From Mytilus californianus (Eukaryota): a stretch of DNA of 64,000 nt. Below the pieces are notes generated by a model. That model had not been told where the DNA came from. It saw nothing but the letters and a program-made list of their open reading frames with translations, and searched no databases. Below, piece after piece: positions 33,684 through 47,035 of the stretch; position 1 is the stretch's first letter; each line of letters starts with the position of its first letter. Position numbers and translations under genes: made by a program. Where the stretch lies: positions 46,996,001 to 47,060,000 of the forward strand of contig NW_026262593.1 in NCBI RefSeq assembly GCF_021869535.1, in the 5' to 3' direction.

Positions 33684-35201
33684 TATTTTGACCTTAATCG
33701 GATTTTACATGTTTTGGTAAAGACACTTCCTGTTCAATGCTCTTATGACAACGTACAAAGAAAAACCATTCAAACGTGAACTACCTGGTCAAAGGTAAAA
33801 TATGGCGAACGAAAATATGTCGTTTAAATAATATGACGAATGACGATCATACTGCAGTATTGATCAATACCTTTTGATTGATTTCATATTTACAAATACA
33901 AAGTGTACATCAAGTAAAAAAAAGGGTATTTGTAAACAAAAGAATTACTCTTATATTAATCCATTTCTCTCGGGTCAAAATCAAAAAAAATAAAACTCCA
34001 TTTACCTCGTATGCATGTCGACAGACGAATACTATAAAATTTAGTGAATAAAAAAACTAAACTTTGTATAATCGCCCACGGAAATATTTGATCACCGAAG
34101 CGGAGAGACAGGACAAAAAATAGCTAAGGTACGATGTTCTACCATTCAATCCATTTCGATCGATTTGATGAGGTTAACAATTTCCAGTTCAAGGTCTTCC
34201 GTCTTCCCCGTTTTGAGAATAAAATGTGTCTTCACTTAACCACCCAGTTCAATATGAAATTATGCTTAAGGTAAAAAGTTGTAGAATTTTGAAAAAGTTT
34301 ATAGGAGATTGAAATACTGTTCAATAACTATTTAAAAAAAAATACAATAAAGTATGCCATTTTAATCAAATATTCTGGATCTGTCCCAAGATACATTCTG
34401 ACTACTAGTATTTTGTAATGGTATTCAGAAAAGAGTGAAATTGACGTTATTTTTAATAACAATGTAGACATTTTTCAAAAGGCAAAGTTTTACAGCTTTA
34501 TGAATGAACGATAATTGAATTAAATATTTTGAGAGGTATACTTAATGTAATCATCTATATAAGGTGCTCAGTATTTTTCGTTTGAATGTATGTCTACGCA
34601 TCCCATTATCATAATACACCTATATATGATATACATACAAACACTGACAAATGTTTTTTGTGCAAATACAGAAAAAGAAAACTGTTTGACTAATTAATCA
34701 AAATGTAATGTTTCCTTGTAAAAAGTAAAATAACAAAAAATAAAACGAACTCCAAGGAAAATTCAAAACGGAAAATCCATTATCAAATGGCAAAATCAAA
34801 AGCTCAAACACATCGAACGAATGGAAAACAACTGTCATATTCCTGACTTGGTACAGGCATTTCCTTATGTAGAAAATGGTGGATTTAAACTGGTTTTATA
34901 GCTAGCTAAACCTCTCACTTGTATGACAGTCGGATAGAATTACGTTATATTGACAACAATGTGTGAACAAAACAAACAGACATAAGAGAACCGAGAAAAT
35001 AAATCTTAATAAAGGATTGTACAGAAAATTTAGCTATTTGTTATGTACATGTAGCAAGGAATAAATACGGTGTACTATTTTTTCTCTTTTTCTTTTCTTA
35101 AAGCTATTATCTTTCTATTTTATTCCTATGTTGGATTTAAAAAAAACACTTTCTTTTCCTTTAAAAATGGGTTTTGGAAAAGTAGGTTCCCACCAGCAAC
35201 G

Positions 35202-35888
35202 GTACCTACCACTGGTAGTAAATGAACATGATCCTTTTTATCACAAAAACACCTCGTGCTGTTAAACTAGATCAAGTCTTACCTGTAAAATTTCATTTTA
35301 TTATGCACAATATCAAAGTTAAAAAGATCTATACAATTTCACATTGTTCATGAAAATGTACTTCAAAAGAGAAGTCATCCCTTTTTAAATTTCAGTCAGA
35401 TATCTTAACGGTAGACTTTTATTTTTGTATATTGAAAATGGAAAGTTTAAAAAAAAATCAACTATTTGTTTGTTATCGATAGATCGGTTTCCAGAATGTC
35501 TATACGCAAAAAAGGAGATGTATAAATGGCAATGATCCACCAGACTTCAAATGAAATGGATGTTAGCAATAAAAGGTACCCGAACGGTCTTCAACAATGA
35601 GAAAAACTCATACCGTTTAGTCGGTTATTAAAGGTCTCGACATGAAAAAAGTAAAATAATTCAAACGAGAAAACCAAAGGCCTCATTTACAAAAAAAAAA
35701 AAAACAAGTTACGTAAAACAAATATGATAGACATGAAACAACGACAACCACTCGAATGTTCTTTCCGGAAATATTTTTTATAGAAGTATTTAAATGTTTT
35801 TTTAATTAAACGTTTGAAAATTCGTCTTGACAACCAGCAATACAATAGTTGTAAGTAGTATGACGGCATGCACATTTACACCCCAGTT
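35202..35888 (+). repeat. Local duplication block A, copy 1
   Basis: Co-linear, high-identity match to 36954-37653 (GTACCTACCACTGGTAGTAAATGAAC...ATTTACACCCCAGTT). Confidence 0.9.
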
Positions 35889-36017
35889 AATATATAATTC
35901 AAATAAAAGTTCTATACATGTATGTTCTTTAAGTCATTGCCATATGGGATTTAAATTTTAACTTCAAGCAAAGGACTATTTAAATGATTTTTTTTAATTC
36001 AAAATAGATGCTAAATA

Positions 36018-36936
36018 TAGGATTCTATATAGAGAGACCAATCATTGTATGACATTTTCAGTTCGTGTCTTTCGTACATTGGAAAGCTGCTTAACCTGAT
36101 ATCGCCACTTATTATTATTCATAATAGTGATTTAGCTCATATTTACAATTCAGTTATTTGCAAAATGCTTTTTCTAGATCTTTTGAACTCAAGATCAATA
36201 TTTACCTTAACAACAATAGCATGTAATTGTTACTATAAATATCAAAGGGGGTATCAAATGTATGGTTCCTCTGGAATGTGTACTAGCTTTCAGTTAAACA
36301 AAAATTAGCCAGTTCAATTTAAACGGTATGTCACATTATATTATTCAATAAATTTTAATACCAAACCAACAACTGACATTAGCAATAAACATGATAAACA
36401 AACGACAAATAATCTATCTGGAACTATTTCACTTTCGTTTTAATTTCTGTATTCCTATACTATTGGATCAGATTATATCTTTATTATTTAATGGGCACCC
36501 CACATATCTGACCTTTCAATGCACTACTCAATCACATCTTTAGGTATTTTTATTTAGTTTGTATGATGTAGCATAGATATCTACAACTTATCTCATTTTT
36601 TTACATTTATCAATATGACAAGGGAGAGGCGAAAGATACCAAAAGGACAATTAAACTCATCATTTGAAAACGGACTGACGATGCCATGTCAAAAACGAAA
36701 CGACAAACAACATTACACAACAGACAGCATAGAAAACTAAAGGCGGAGCCACACGAACCCAACAAAAAACCGGGGGGGGGGGGGGGGGGGGGGTAATCTC
36801 AGGTGCTTTGGAAGGGTAGGCAGAATTTGGTCCAAAGGTGGCACCCGTCCTGTTCCTCGTGTAAGTACAAACCCAGTGATACGTCTAATTCGGTAGGTCA
36901 TATTCGAAGAGGACGGGATTGCGGTTACAATAATTG
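36018..36936 (+). repeat. Local duplication block B, copy 1
   Basis: Co-linear match to 40183-41078 (TAGGATTCTATATAGAGAGACC...TAATTG). A diverged partial third copy lies at about 48965-49080. Confidence 0.9.
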
Positions 36937-36953
36937 GAACATACACGTCGTCT

Positions 36954-37653
36954 GTACCTACCACTGGTAGTAAATGAACCTGACTCGTTTTATCACCAAA
37001 CCACCTCGTGCTGTTAAACTAGATCTAGTCTTACCTGTAAAATTTCATTTTATTAGGCACAATATTAAATCAAAAAGATCTATACAAGTTCACATTGTTC
37101 ATGAAAATGTACTTCAAAAGAGAAGTCATCCCTTTTTAAATTTCAGTCAAACATCTTAACAAACATCTGAACGGTAGACTTTTATTTTTGTCTATCAAAA
37201 ATGCAAAGTTTAAAAAAAAATCAACTATAATTTTGTTTGTTATCGATAGATCGATTTCAAAAATGTTTATATGCAAAAAAGGAGATGTATGAATGGCAAT
37301 GATCCACCAGACTTCAAATGAAATGGATGTTAGAAATAAAAGGTATCCAAACGGTCTTAAACAATGAGAAAAACTCATACCGTTTAGTCGGTTATTAAAG
37401 GCCTCGACATGAAAAAAGTGAAAAAATTCAAACGAGAAAACCAAAGGCCTCATTTACAAAAAAAAAAAAACAAGTTACGTTAAACAAATATGATAGACAT
37501 GAAACAACGACAACCACTAGAATGTTCTTTCCGGAAATATTTTTTATAGAAGTATTTAAATGTTTTTTAATCAAACGTTTGAAAATTCGTCTTGACAACC
37601 AGCAGTAAAATAGTTGTAAGTAGTATGACGGCATGCACATTTACACCCCAGTT
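36954..37653 (+). repeat. Local duplication block A, copy 2
   Basis: See 35202-35888. Confidence 0.9.
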
Positions 37654-37919
37654 CTATTATTATACTTTATAGTTTCTATTACTGAAACAAATGTAAACTG
37701 AATAGATTTATTGTTACGAATACAAATGGGGTGTGACGAGCGGGGTTTCTGGAAACCCCTGCTTCTGCATCCCGAAAACACAGTCCATTGTTATTCATAC
37801 CAATAGAAATTTGGTTTTTGTGATAGCATGAACAGAAGAGATTACTAATAGTGTTAATTTCAAAGTGTTTCAAGACATATTAAAAAAAAAAATATTTCAG
37901 AAAATTCCAATAGCGAAAA

Positions 37920-38045
37920 AAATATTTAGCATCTATTTTGAATTAAAAAAAAATCCTTTAAATAGTCCTTTGCTTGACGTTAGAATTTTAATCCCATATG
38001 GCAATGACTTAAAGAACACACATGTATAGAACTTTTATTTAAATT
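37920..38045 (-). repeat. Inverted copy of 35898-36018 (block C)
   Basis: AATATTTAGCATCTATTTTGAATT...GTATAGAACTTTTATTT is the reverse complement of the sequence between blocks A1 and B1. Confidence 0.85.
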
Positions 38046-39059
38046 AAACATTAAAAGCATAAATATATTATAGTATTCATTTGGACTTAGTCTAAATCAT
38101 AAAATAAATATTAATATTTGGATTGTTGAAGACAAATGATGGCATCCAGGGGCAGATCCAGCCATTTTTAAAAGGGGAAGGGGGTTTCAACCAAGGATAA
38201 AAAGTTTGGGGGGGTTCCAACCATATGTCCCCAATCAAAAGCATTGATCGTCAAAAAGGGAGGTTCCCCCCCCCCCCCCCCCCCCCCTTGGATGGTCCTA
38301 CATATGCAATCTGTATTTTTGTTTGTTAAGCGTGTCTGGTCGTCGTAGTTTCTAATCCAGACACACCTATCCCTCAGTATGTTAGAATATGAATGTTTGA
38401 TTAATGATGATAAAAGAGGGGGGGGGGGCTTTTTGATAAAACCGTAGCATGTAAATTACATTTATGTTTACCTTCATTAAATTGATACAAGCAAGTACTT
38501 TGGGTTATAAATATTGCGTTATCTTCAGTCTCTTCTGCCAAATCCAAAGCCTGACTCAAAATGTCGTCCGTCTTATACCCGTCCATATTGACAACTGTAT
38601 ACAAGAAGCATGATGTATTTTTTTGTAATAAAAATGCACGATACGGCCAACATTGACCTGCTGGTCCATATTATCACATGCATTTTACGGGAATATGCAC
38701 AACGGCAACTTTGACATTTGTAAAATCTACTCACTTGTCAATGTTCGAATGAAGATCGTCAAAGTAAGGCTACTACTTGGGTTTCATATAAAAATGTTTT
38801 TTTCTTATTAATCATGATTTGGTATTGTCAATAAAAATGCTATTCGTTCTTTTTCATTTAATATTCAATATATTTATACCTCTTTATTCCAAAAGCAATA
38901 CAGCTTATAGGTATCAAGTTCAATTAATGTTACAATAAATATGTATATAGTAATCATCACATAGTACAATACAGTACTTCATTAGTATACAATTCATACA
39001 ATTTAAAACAAATTTAGGCGCATGACATTAATTAATATAGTTTAACAATTTTGAAGTAT

Positions 39060-39760
39060 GATATACACACTCAATGATTAGGAATTTTTTCGGCAATACA
39101 TAAATACTTCCCAAAATTATTAAGTTCTTTTATATTACGAACAGATAACAATTGTATAAGTTTAAATACTGATGGATTTCTCCAATGATAAGGTTTAATA
39201 TACTTCATACGAATATCTTTATATCCAATACATTCCAAAATAAAATGATATCCATCCTCAACAGAATTACAGTTGCACATATTACATATTCTAGCGTTTT
39301 TGTTTATATTTAAAAATCTTCCTGTTTCAATGTTCAAATTATGTGCATGTAAATGGTACTTGCTTATTCATGGTTTATATCTAAAATTCACGGGTCTACT
39401 TAGATAAAACTGCAAACCATGACTGTCATATATGTATTTGTAAAACTGACATTTAGAAGACTCCTGAAAAAATGACATCGATTCAGATATAAATCTTTCA
39501 GTAACACGCTGTTTGGAATCAGCTATACAAACATCTACATCTAAAACATTTTGTGTCAACCATACATGACTTAAACCATAATTACATAATAAATCTCTTA
39601 TTTTACATAACCAATTCAATTTATTTTTACTTTTTACATTGCTAGCCTCCAGCATTTCAAATAACCATTTTTCAGAATACAATTGTCAGTTTTTTACAAT
39701 TTACACCAATATTTCATCATTTTACAGTACCTATGTACATACAGTGGGACTCTTCCTAGT
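39060..39760 (-). mobile_element. 3' relic of a non-LTR retrotransposon ORF2 (CR1/L2-group-like) with C-terminal CCHC zinc knuckle
   Basis: NWLCKIRDLLCNYGLSHVW...KCQFYKYI...QFYLS then NIETGRF...ICNMCNCNSVEDGYHFILEC (C-x2-C...H-x4-C), broken by frameshifts and stops. Confidence 0.75.
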
Positions 39761-40182
39761 TCGAAATACACAATGTAATTTGTAGTACTCTTTTTTTACT
39801 TTCAAAATCCTCATTAAATAATATAAGTGAAGAACAGATATAGGGTTAAGTATCGGGTGTAACTTAGTTATACACTTCGGGATACGGCGTGTCTGGATAA
39901 GAAACACCTCCAGCCTCCGGACACACCTATTCCTCAGTGTATAACTATTACATATACAATTGTGATAATTAGATAAAAAGAAACATAATAATGTCTTTCA
40001 AAAGACAACTTCCCCTCAGGTGATCACAATGATGCAATGTTAACGGTTATCATGACAATGTGTCTTTTATACAATGATTACATTTTTATTGATGAGAAAT
40101 TAAGTATTTTACAATTCTAGCACAGAAGAGTATTGCCTGTTACGTCCGAGTACGGATGAAATATACATGACTTTTTGTACCA

Positions 40183-41078
40183 TAGGATTCTATATAGAGA
40201 GACCAGTCAGTGTATGACATTTTCAATTCGTACATTGGAAAACTGCTTAACGTGATATCGCCACTTATTATTATTCATAATAGTGATTTAGCTCATATTT
40301 ACAGTTCAGTTATTTGCAAAATGCTTTTTTTTAGATCTTTTGAACTCAAGATCAATATTTACCTTAACAACAATATCATGTGATTGTTACTATAAATATC
40401 AAAGGAGGTTTAAAATGTATGGTTCCTCTGGAATGTGTACTAGCTTCAGTTAAAAAAAATTTAGCCAGTTCAATTTAAACGGTATGTCACATTATATTAT
40501 TCAATAAATTTTAATACCAAACCAACAACTGAAATTAGCAATAAACATGATAAACAAACAACAAATGATCTATCTGGAACTATTTCACTTTCGTTTAAAG
40601 TTCTGTTTTCCTATACTATTGGATCAGATTATTTCATTATTATTTAGTGGGCACCCCAAATATCTGACCTATCAATGCACTACTCAATCACATCTTTAGG
40701 TATTTTTGTTAAGTTTATATGCTGTAGCATAGATATGTACAACTTATCTCTTTTTTTACATTTATCAATATGACAAGGGAGCAGCGAAAGATACCAAAAG
40801 GACATTTAAACTCATAAGTTGAAAACGAACTGACGATGCCATGTCAACAACGAAACGACAAACAACAGTACACAACACACAGCATTGAAAACTAAAGGCG
40901 GTGCCACAAGAACCCAACAAAAAACCGGGTGGTAGTTATCTCAGGTGCTTCGGAAGGGTAGGAAGAATTTGGTCCATATGTGGCACCCGTCCTATTCCTC
41001 GTGTAAGTACAAACCCAGTGATACGTCTAATTCGGTAGGTCATATTCGAAGAGGACGGGGTTGTGGTTACGATAATTG
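40183..41078 (+). repeat. Local duplication block B, copy 2
   Basis: See 36018-36936. Confidence 0.9.
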
Positions 41079-41079
41079 T

Positions 41080-41280
41080 GAAACAGATATTCCATAATAA
41101 ACAACCACCTCGTGATGGCGTCCTTAAAATTCTCAGAGGTATGATTGCATCTTCACCACTTGGAAATCTTTGTCAAATATCCTTCTTGTAAGTAGCAACC
41201 CTCTACGAAGGAAAGAAATAATAGGAAATAGAAGCTCTTGAATATCGTATCAACTGGGAGGTATATACTCCATATGCAGA
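41080..41280 (-). mobile_element. Second Penelope-like RT C-terminal relic
   Basis: AYGVYTSQLIRYSRAS on the minus strand, truncated at its 5' side where the SINE begins at 41281. Confidence 0.65.
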
Positions 41281-41625
41281 CGACCGCCTCGGTGGTCTCG
41301 TGGTAGCGTGTTCGCCTGAAGTGCGGGAGGTCGTGGGTTCGAACCGCCGCCGGGTCGAACCGAAGACTTTAAAATTGGTATTTGCTGTTTCTCCGCTAAG
41401 CACGTGGCATAAAAGGAAAAGACTGGTTGGCTCGAAGTCAGAATAATGTGTCCGGATAAGGTGACATGCCTTCCTGCGGACTGTTACCTTGTGAACTAGC
41501 ACGTTAAAAATCCGGCCCAGCGTGTCTAGTATAAAGCAGGGTTAATTTTCATTTTACATTAACATGTTATCGTCCTGAATATATATATTAATTTGCCGCT
41601 GGACATTTAGCAGCCATCAACTACC
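41281..41625 (+). mobile_element. tRNA-derived SINE with Meta-type central domain
   Basis: A-box-like GGTGGTCTCGTGGTAG, B-box GGTTCGAACC (41336-41345), core TTGGTATTTGCTGTTTCTCCGCTAAGCACG...GACTGGTTGGCTCG, and tail TGCCGCTGGACATTTAGCAGCC. The Meta-domain assignment is from recollection of mollusc SINE families. Confidence 0.75.
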
Positions 41626-42081
41626 ATCCATATTCAGGCTCTGCTAGAATGTTGCTACATAGAAATGGAAAGTTTACAATTGGGAAGCTGAAATCATCTC
41701 TTTTATTGTAAAGTTATGTTTTCAACCGACCTTCAATGTCAATACCAAGATATAAGTCATGTTGGTAAAATTGAAACATTTCTTGTTAAAATGAACAATA
41801 TGATTTACAACATGTTTATATGACAGTAGCTCCAATCACTCTTTTGCATTTTCATGTTTAGTGAACAGTAAAAGTTTGATTACAAACCTTATTGGCATAT
41901 ATATAAAAAAAGTTGACATCATGATACACGTATGTTGGACTAAGTTTCATGTTGATGTTACCACAAATTCAAGGTAAATGAAAATAACATATACACTTGT
42001 ACGTCCAAGCTCATTATTTCTGATGAACCTTCATCAGGAACGCTCAAACCCATACATTTAAAAGACAGTGGTGTATTCATA

Positions 42082-42289
42082 CTGTAAACCAACTTATTTT
42101 CGCGGATACTTTATTTCGCGTTTATCCCTTCGTAGCCGACTTCGCGGCGATTTATTTTCACGATTTTCTAATTATTTTGACGTATTTATATTAGGAAGAT
42201 AAAAATTCGCGACGATTTATATTCGCGTAACTTTTCAAGTCGCGAAAGTCGCGAAAATAAATCGCTCGCGAAAATAAGTTGGTTTACAG
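42082..42289. mobile_element. 208-bp MITE with perfect 23-bp TIRs and TA TSD (Tc1/mariner-pogo type)
   Basis: TA|CTGTAAACCAACTTATTTTCGCG ... CGCGAAAATAAGTTGGTTTACAG|TA. Confidence 0.9.
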
Positions 42290-42730
42290 TAAGTAGAAGC
42301 GTTAGAAGCTTTATGACAAAAAGGGACATAAACAATTTAGCAAAATTCGGATCAGTTCAACTTTACCTCATTGGGTTGGAACCATTATTTCTTAAGTTTG
42401 TAATTTCTTTATTTATCTAGTGGGAGTTTTTGAAATATATGTTAAAAATCATGTCAGGACCGAAGCACTGACTACTGAGCCGATGGTGTACTTTTGGTTG
42501 CTTTATCAGCTGTCACGAAAGAAGATTACAATTTTGCATGAAATATTTCCCAATTGAAGCATACAACAATAGAAAAACAAAATTGTATTACACATTGCAC
42601 AACAACATATTCAATCAAATCTGGTTAGATAAAACTTCAATCATCCTTTAACAAACAAAAAAAATATCAAAAAAGATTATCTAAATCAGTAAATAAGAAA
42701 AGATTTTTATTGGGTTTTTTTATTTAGAGG

Positions 42731-43360
42731 ATGGATGTAGAGGATCGTCGACGTTATTTTATTGTAGGATCAGTATTTTTTGAGATTGTTCTACCACTGT
42801 TCAGAACCAGATTAGAAAATGACTACAGAAGTAAAGGGCAGGGATCTTTACAAGCTTTTCTTAGCACCCAACCAGTAATACACATACTGTTTCATCTACG
42901 ACACAGAAATGCCAGCTGCTGTAAAGACAACCTCAAATGTTTCAATAAATCAAATCTTCCGCTGAATTACTGTCAGTGGGATCTGCTGTACACTGAGAAT
43001 TCAAGTCAACCTGGTCACAACTGTCATTGCAAGTTCATAGCAAACCCAGTACAGCTATGTGAGCTTGATATAACATTAGCAAGTTTAATCTTATTGAACT
43101 GCTGCCATCTACAACCATCTGAAGAAAACGCTGTACGCAAATTACGTCGCTTCAAGAATAATTATCTCAGCCACAACACCGAAGGTCAAATTACCGAAAC
43201 AGAGTATAAGAGCTTATGGACAGATTTGACGAGTTTTGTCCTACAGCTAGATCCAAATAAACAAGATGACCTCATCAGGATAGATAACAGACCTCTTGAT
43301 GAAGGACTGTGTATGAGATACAGTACAGAATTTTTGAACATTCACAAAAAACTGAACGAG
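42731..43360 (+). CDS. HEPN(DZIP3-like)/beta-propeller protein, exon 1: HEPN-like domain
   Basis: ATG at 42731, 210 codons, donor GTAAGC at 43361 (phase 0). MDVEDRRRYFIVGSVFFEIVLPLFR...LDITLASLILLNCC...VRKLRRFKNNYLSHNTEGQITETEYKSLWTDL shows the DIT...RN-x3-H...W layout of DZIP3-type HEPN domains, with K in place of R. Confidence 0.75.
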
Positions 43361-44788
43361 GTAAGCATTTTTCTCTCCGGATTAAAGTTGGAAAAAATTA
43401 ATATTAAAATATTAGTTTTAGCTTTTTACTAAGTGGCTGTATCTTTGACCGGTTCTATATTAGTTTTTATATATTGTTGGGGGTATCCGCCGTCCGTCCG
43501 TCTGTGAATTTCAACGAAACGTTTATATATTCTGTATAACTTATTGTACTTGTGCATCTCCTATGCTCCTTTGTGATCAGAATTTCTTGCGTGTCCTTTA
43601 CCAAAATATGGACTTTTCGTCAACTTTATATTAATGGGGGAACAGCCCCAAGCAATAACTGAGTTATTCTTATCCTCATAAACAGTTGATTAATTTAAAA
43701 AAAAAAAAGTTATTCATGACATTATGCCATTACCTCCTATTTTTTGTTTTAATCAGAATGATGTCTGAAGTTTTCTATACAGAACATGGACTTTGCTCTT
43801 TCATATTATGATCATTACATCCCCATCCACGAGTCCGTCTCTATGACCTGTGTTATTAAACAGGTAGAGGTAGCAGAGGGGTTTATAGAAGTAAGATTTC
43901 CTCACATTATTCTACTCTTTATTTTTTCTTTAGTATGTGTTCATGTATTCCCATAACTAAACATGTTCTTAACCTCTTATAGTTATCCAGTGGGTAATAG
44001 GAGCGGATGTATTAATTTTTTCGCTTTGTTCTCGGTGCCTCTAGTTGTGTATTTGATCCCTGTTAAAACAGTAACAAATTCCTACATCTACAAGCAGAAG
44101 ACAGGATGCAAGTTGAGATATCTCTTTTTCAGGTAATTGATTCCATCTAATAATATATTCTTCAAATGCAGGCAGTCTCCTTTATAACTTATGTCAATTA
44201 TTTTCAGGTTCAATGTATATAATTCAATTATCATGAATTCAAAATGGATATAAGAACTTTTCATTTTGAAGAATGAAGAAAATAAACTCCACATTATACA
44301 AACTATCAGATTCTAATGTCTTTTGGCCACTCAGGATAATATATTCACAAATGTACACCAAAATAATTTTTATTGGTACCCATATCGTTAGCAATGAATA
44401 TCCAACGTAAAGAAAAAATTATTTTCATTTTGATGTTCTAACAAGGCAATTATTGTTGACAGAGTTTGTTAGTTTCCTGGAATATGTCAATTTCTATCAG
44501 TAGGTCATTTGTTTGCTTCTTAGGATACAGATAGCTTTCTTCCTCAGCAATCGAATGAAACCAATAAAAAAGTAGATTCAATCTCTCAGAGAAAGATCAA
44601 GAGTATTCTAGACACTGAGTAATGCATACATAGTAATACAAACTGAAACAACACGTATTAGATAGAAAATAGTCAAATCCATCTAATGTAAACTCTGCCT
44701 GTGGTAGAGATAAAGGATCGAAGGTTTTTTTTATTTGCTTCATGTTGTTTTAGTTGATCTTTAAGATTTTAAAACATACATTTTACAG

Positions 44789-44827
44789 ATGGACACTCGT
44801 ATGCAAGGAATTGATTCCGCTGTGCAG
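44789..44827 (+). CDS. HEPN/beta-propeller protein, exon 2 (linker micro-exon)
   Basis: TTTTACAG|ATGGACACTCGTATGCAAGGAATTGATTCCGCTGTGCAG|GTATGT, 39 nt, phase 0-0, MDTRMQGIDSAVQ. Confidence 0.7.
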
Positions 44828-45944
44828 GTATGTCTATTGTTTTTAATATGCATATTTGAGTACAGTTTTGATCTATTTTATATTTTTCAGTGCAATTGTT
44901 TGTGTGTGAATGTTAACCTTTTTCGAAATATTTGAAGAACTTATAGTTTGTAGGTTTGTGAAAAGCAAATGTGATCCCGAAGATAGGTGAATAAAAATTA
45001 TATTTCAAAACTCTTAGAAAAGAACCCTTAAAAGCATAGTTTACCTGCTACTGCTAAATGAAGAATTAACGGAAGAAATAAATAATACAAAACATGCTTT
45101 CAATCCCTGTAACGTAAAAATTTTACGATGAACGCTAAACGAAATAACGGTAGCTGAAAAGATACGCTAAACGATATGATGACAGCTAAGCAAAACGATG
45201 TACGCAAAACTATTGTCTTGAGGCATCGTTTATCGTATGCTTTAAAATAAATATACTTTTGTTCGTACATGGTTCGTTTATTATCCGTAAAAAATATGTT
45301 TGGACAACGTTTCGTTTGCGTTCTTACATCGTTCGTACATAATTAAGGCATTATTTGTTTTGTGAACTCTTACTGTCATATTCTTTGTATGCTTGTCTTA
45401 AGTTAGCAGCATGTAATTCAGTTATTGGAATTTGTTGTTCGTTTATTGTTTTTACGTAAACTAAGCTTTTGGTTTCTCGTTAAATTGTTCCATATTTTGT
45501 CATTTAGTGGACTTTTAAAACTTACTATGGTGTGGGTTTTGCTTATTGTTAACGTTAGTAGCGACAGTAGTTCACCGATGTTCAAATCTCGTAAATCGAT
45601 TAGGAAGAGTCATATCAAGTAAAAAAACAGTAACAGCGGGAACTGCCTGAACTCCAAAAGGAGCGAAACCGGGTACGTCGACAAGGTTGGTGTTTCTCAC
45701 ATCCATTTCATTTGGTATCTGGCGGATAGTTGTATTATTGGCAATCATATCCCATCTCTTTTTTGTATTTCAAAATCATTTACACGTACTGGCCATGGGA
45801 GATATGTCCAGAAGACTTTTAAATTTCAGGAGTAAAGAAACTATTTGATTCTTTCTGAGAGTATACATAAGAGTACACTTTCTTTAATAACATCAAATAT
45901 CTGAAGTAAACTTTTCCTGATTATTTCAATTGGCTATTTAACAG

Positions 45945-46011
45945 GAGATATTGAGTTACCACAGAAATGAAATCATTTGCCAGTACTGCAAGAAAAAGTT
46001 GATTGAACAAG
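45945..46011 (+). CDS. HEPN/beta-propeller protein, exon 3 (linker with CxxC)
   Basis: TAACAG| EILSYHRNEIICQYCKKKLIEQ G|GTCAGC, phase 0-1, bridging to the phase-1 acceptor at 46256. Confidence 0.6.
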
Positions 46012-46256
46012 GTCAGCCTTTTTACAGTAAATTATAATGACAAACATGCTTCAAAATTTGAATTTACATATTATCATTGTATAAATAAATACATTACTGA
46101 CATGATCATGAATGATCCAAATCATCTCAAAATTTCAACATACTAGTAACTGCTGCATTTACATATAATTATGTTGTAAATTGAATACGAGCATAAAATG
46201 TCGAAAATGTTCCTTATGTGATAAGTAAAGTACAAAGTTTATTTCTTTTTTCATAG

Positions 46257-47035
46257 GCATAGATGAAAGCAATATTAGTCCCTACAAACTTGGGCAGAAT
46301 ATCTTTTATCCTCATCATCAGATTAATCTGAAGTCAGAATTCAGTACATTATTGCCTAGAGCGACATTAGATGTCGTTATGATGGATGACGGTAGACTTG
46401 TGCTTTGTTCGTGCTTCCAGTTCAGACTACTTATCTGTAACACAGATGGATCAGAGATAGCAGCTATACCAGTCGATGCAGATGGAAGTAGTCTTACTGC
46501 TGTCAACAACTCCACAGTGGCAGTTATTGTTAATCAACCGTTCAGTAATCCTAGAATCGAGTTGTATGACATAAACAATAAACACAAAATTGAATCCATA
46601 TCACTATTTGGATTTGAGGATACTTTTGGCATGACAATGATAAATGACAATTTAGTAGTAGGTGCTGATAGGGAACTATTGATAATTGATTATCAGACAG
46701 ACGAGATATTACGGAGAATAGGAACACACTGCCACCCATGGGGAATAAATGTTTCTGGTAACAGAATATTCTTCAGTGAAGAAATGGAAAACAACCTTTA
46801 CTGTTACAGCTTTATCGATGACAAAATACACACATTAACACTACCATCCATCCCATATCCAATGACTACACTACAAGACGGTAGTCTGTATGTTCTTTGT
46901 GAGGATGGATCTGTACAACATGTATCATCCAATGGGAAACAGTTCAAAACTTTGAAAACAAATCAATCCCACGTTTTCAATTATCCTGGCCAGATACGAT
47001 ACAATTCAAAATCAGAAAAAAATGGTCACATATAG
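46257..47035 (+). CDS. HEPN/beta-propeller protein, last exon: NHL/TRIM-tail-like six-bladed beta-propeller
   Basis: Acceptor TTCATAG at 46256, in frame with ORF 46352-47035. Repeated about 40-aa beta-rich units (DDGRLVLC, AVNNSTVAV, GMTMINDNLVV, PWGINVSGNRIFF, PYPMTTLQDGSLYV, PGQIRYNS). Confidence 0.8.

Noticed and set aside
36771-38288. Long poly-G (36771-36793) and poly-C (38266-38288) tracts as functional G-quadruplexes
   Set aside because: They sit inside known-type repeat elements, the duplicate of block B lacks the G-run, and homopolymer length is unreliable.
41281-41360. tRNA gene
   Set aside because: A/B boxes are present, but there is no complete cloverleaf and it continues into a SINE core and tail.
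45829-45870. Extra exon of the HEPN/propeller gene after TTTCAG at about 45829
   Set aside because: All three frames hit a stop before any donor.
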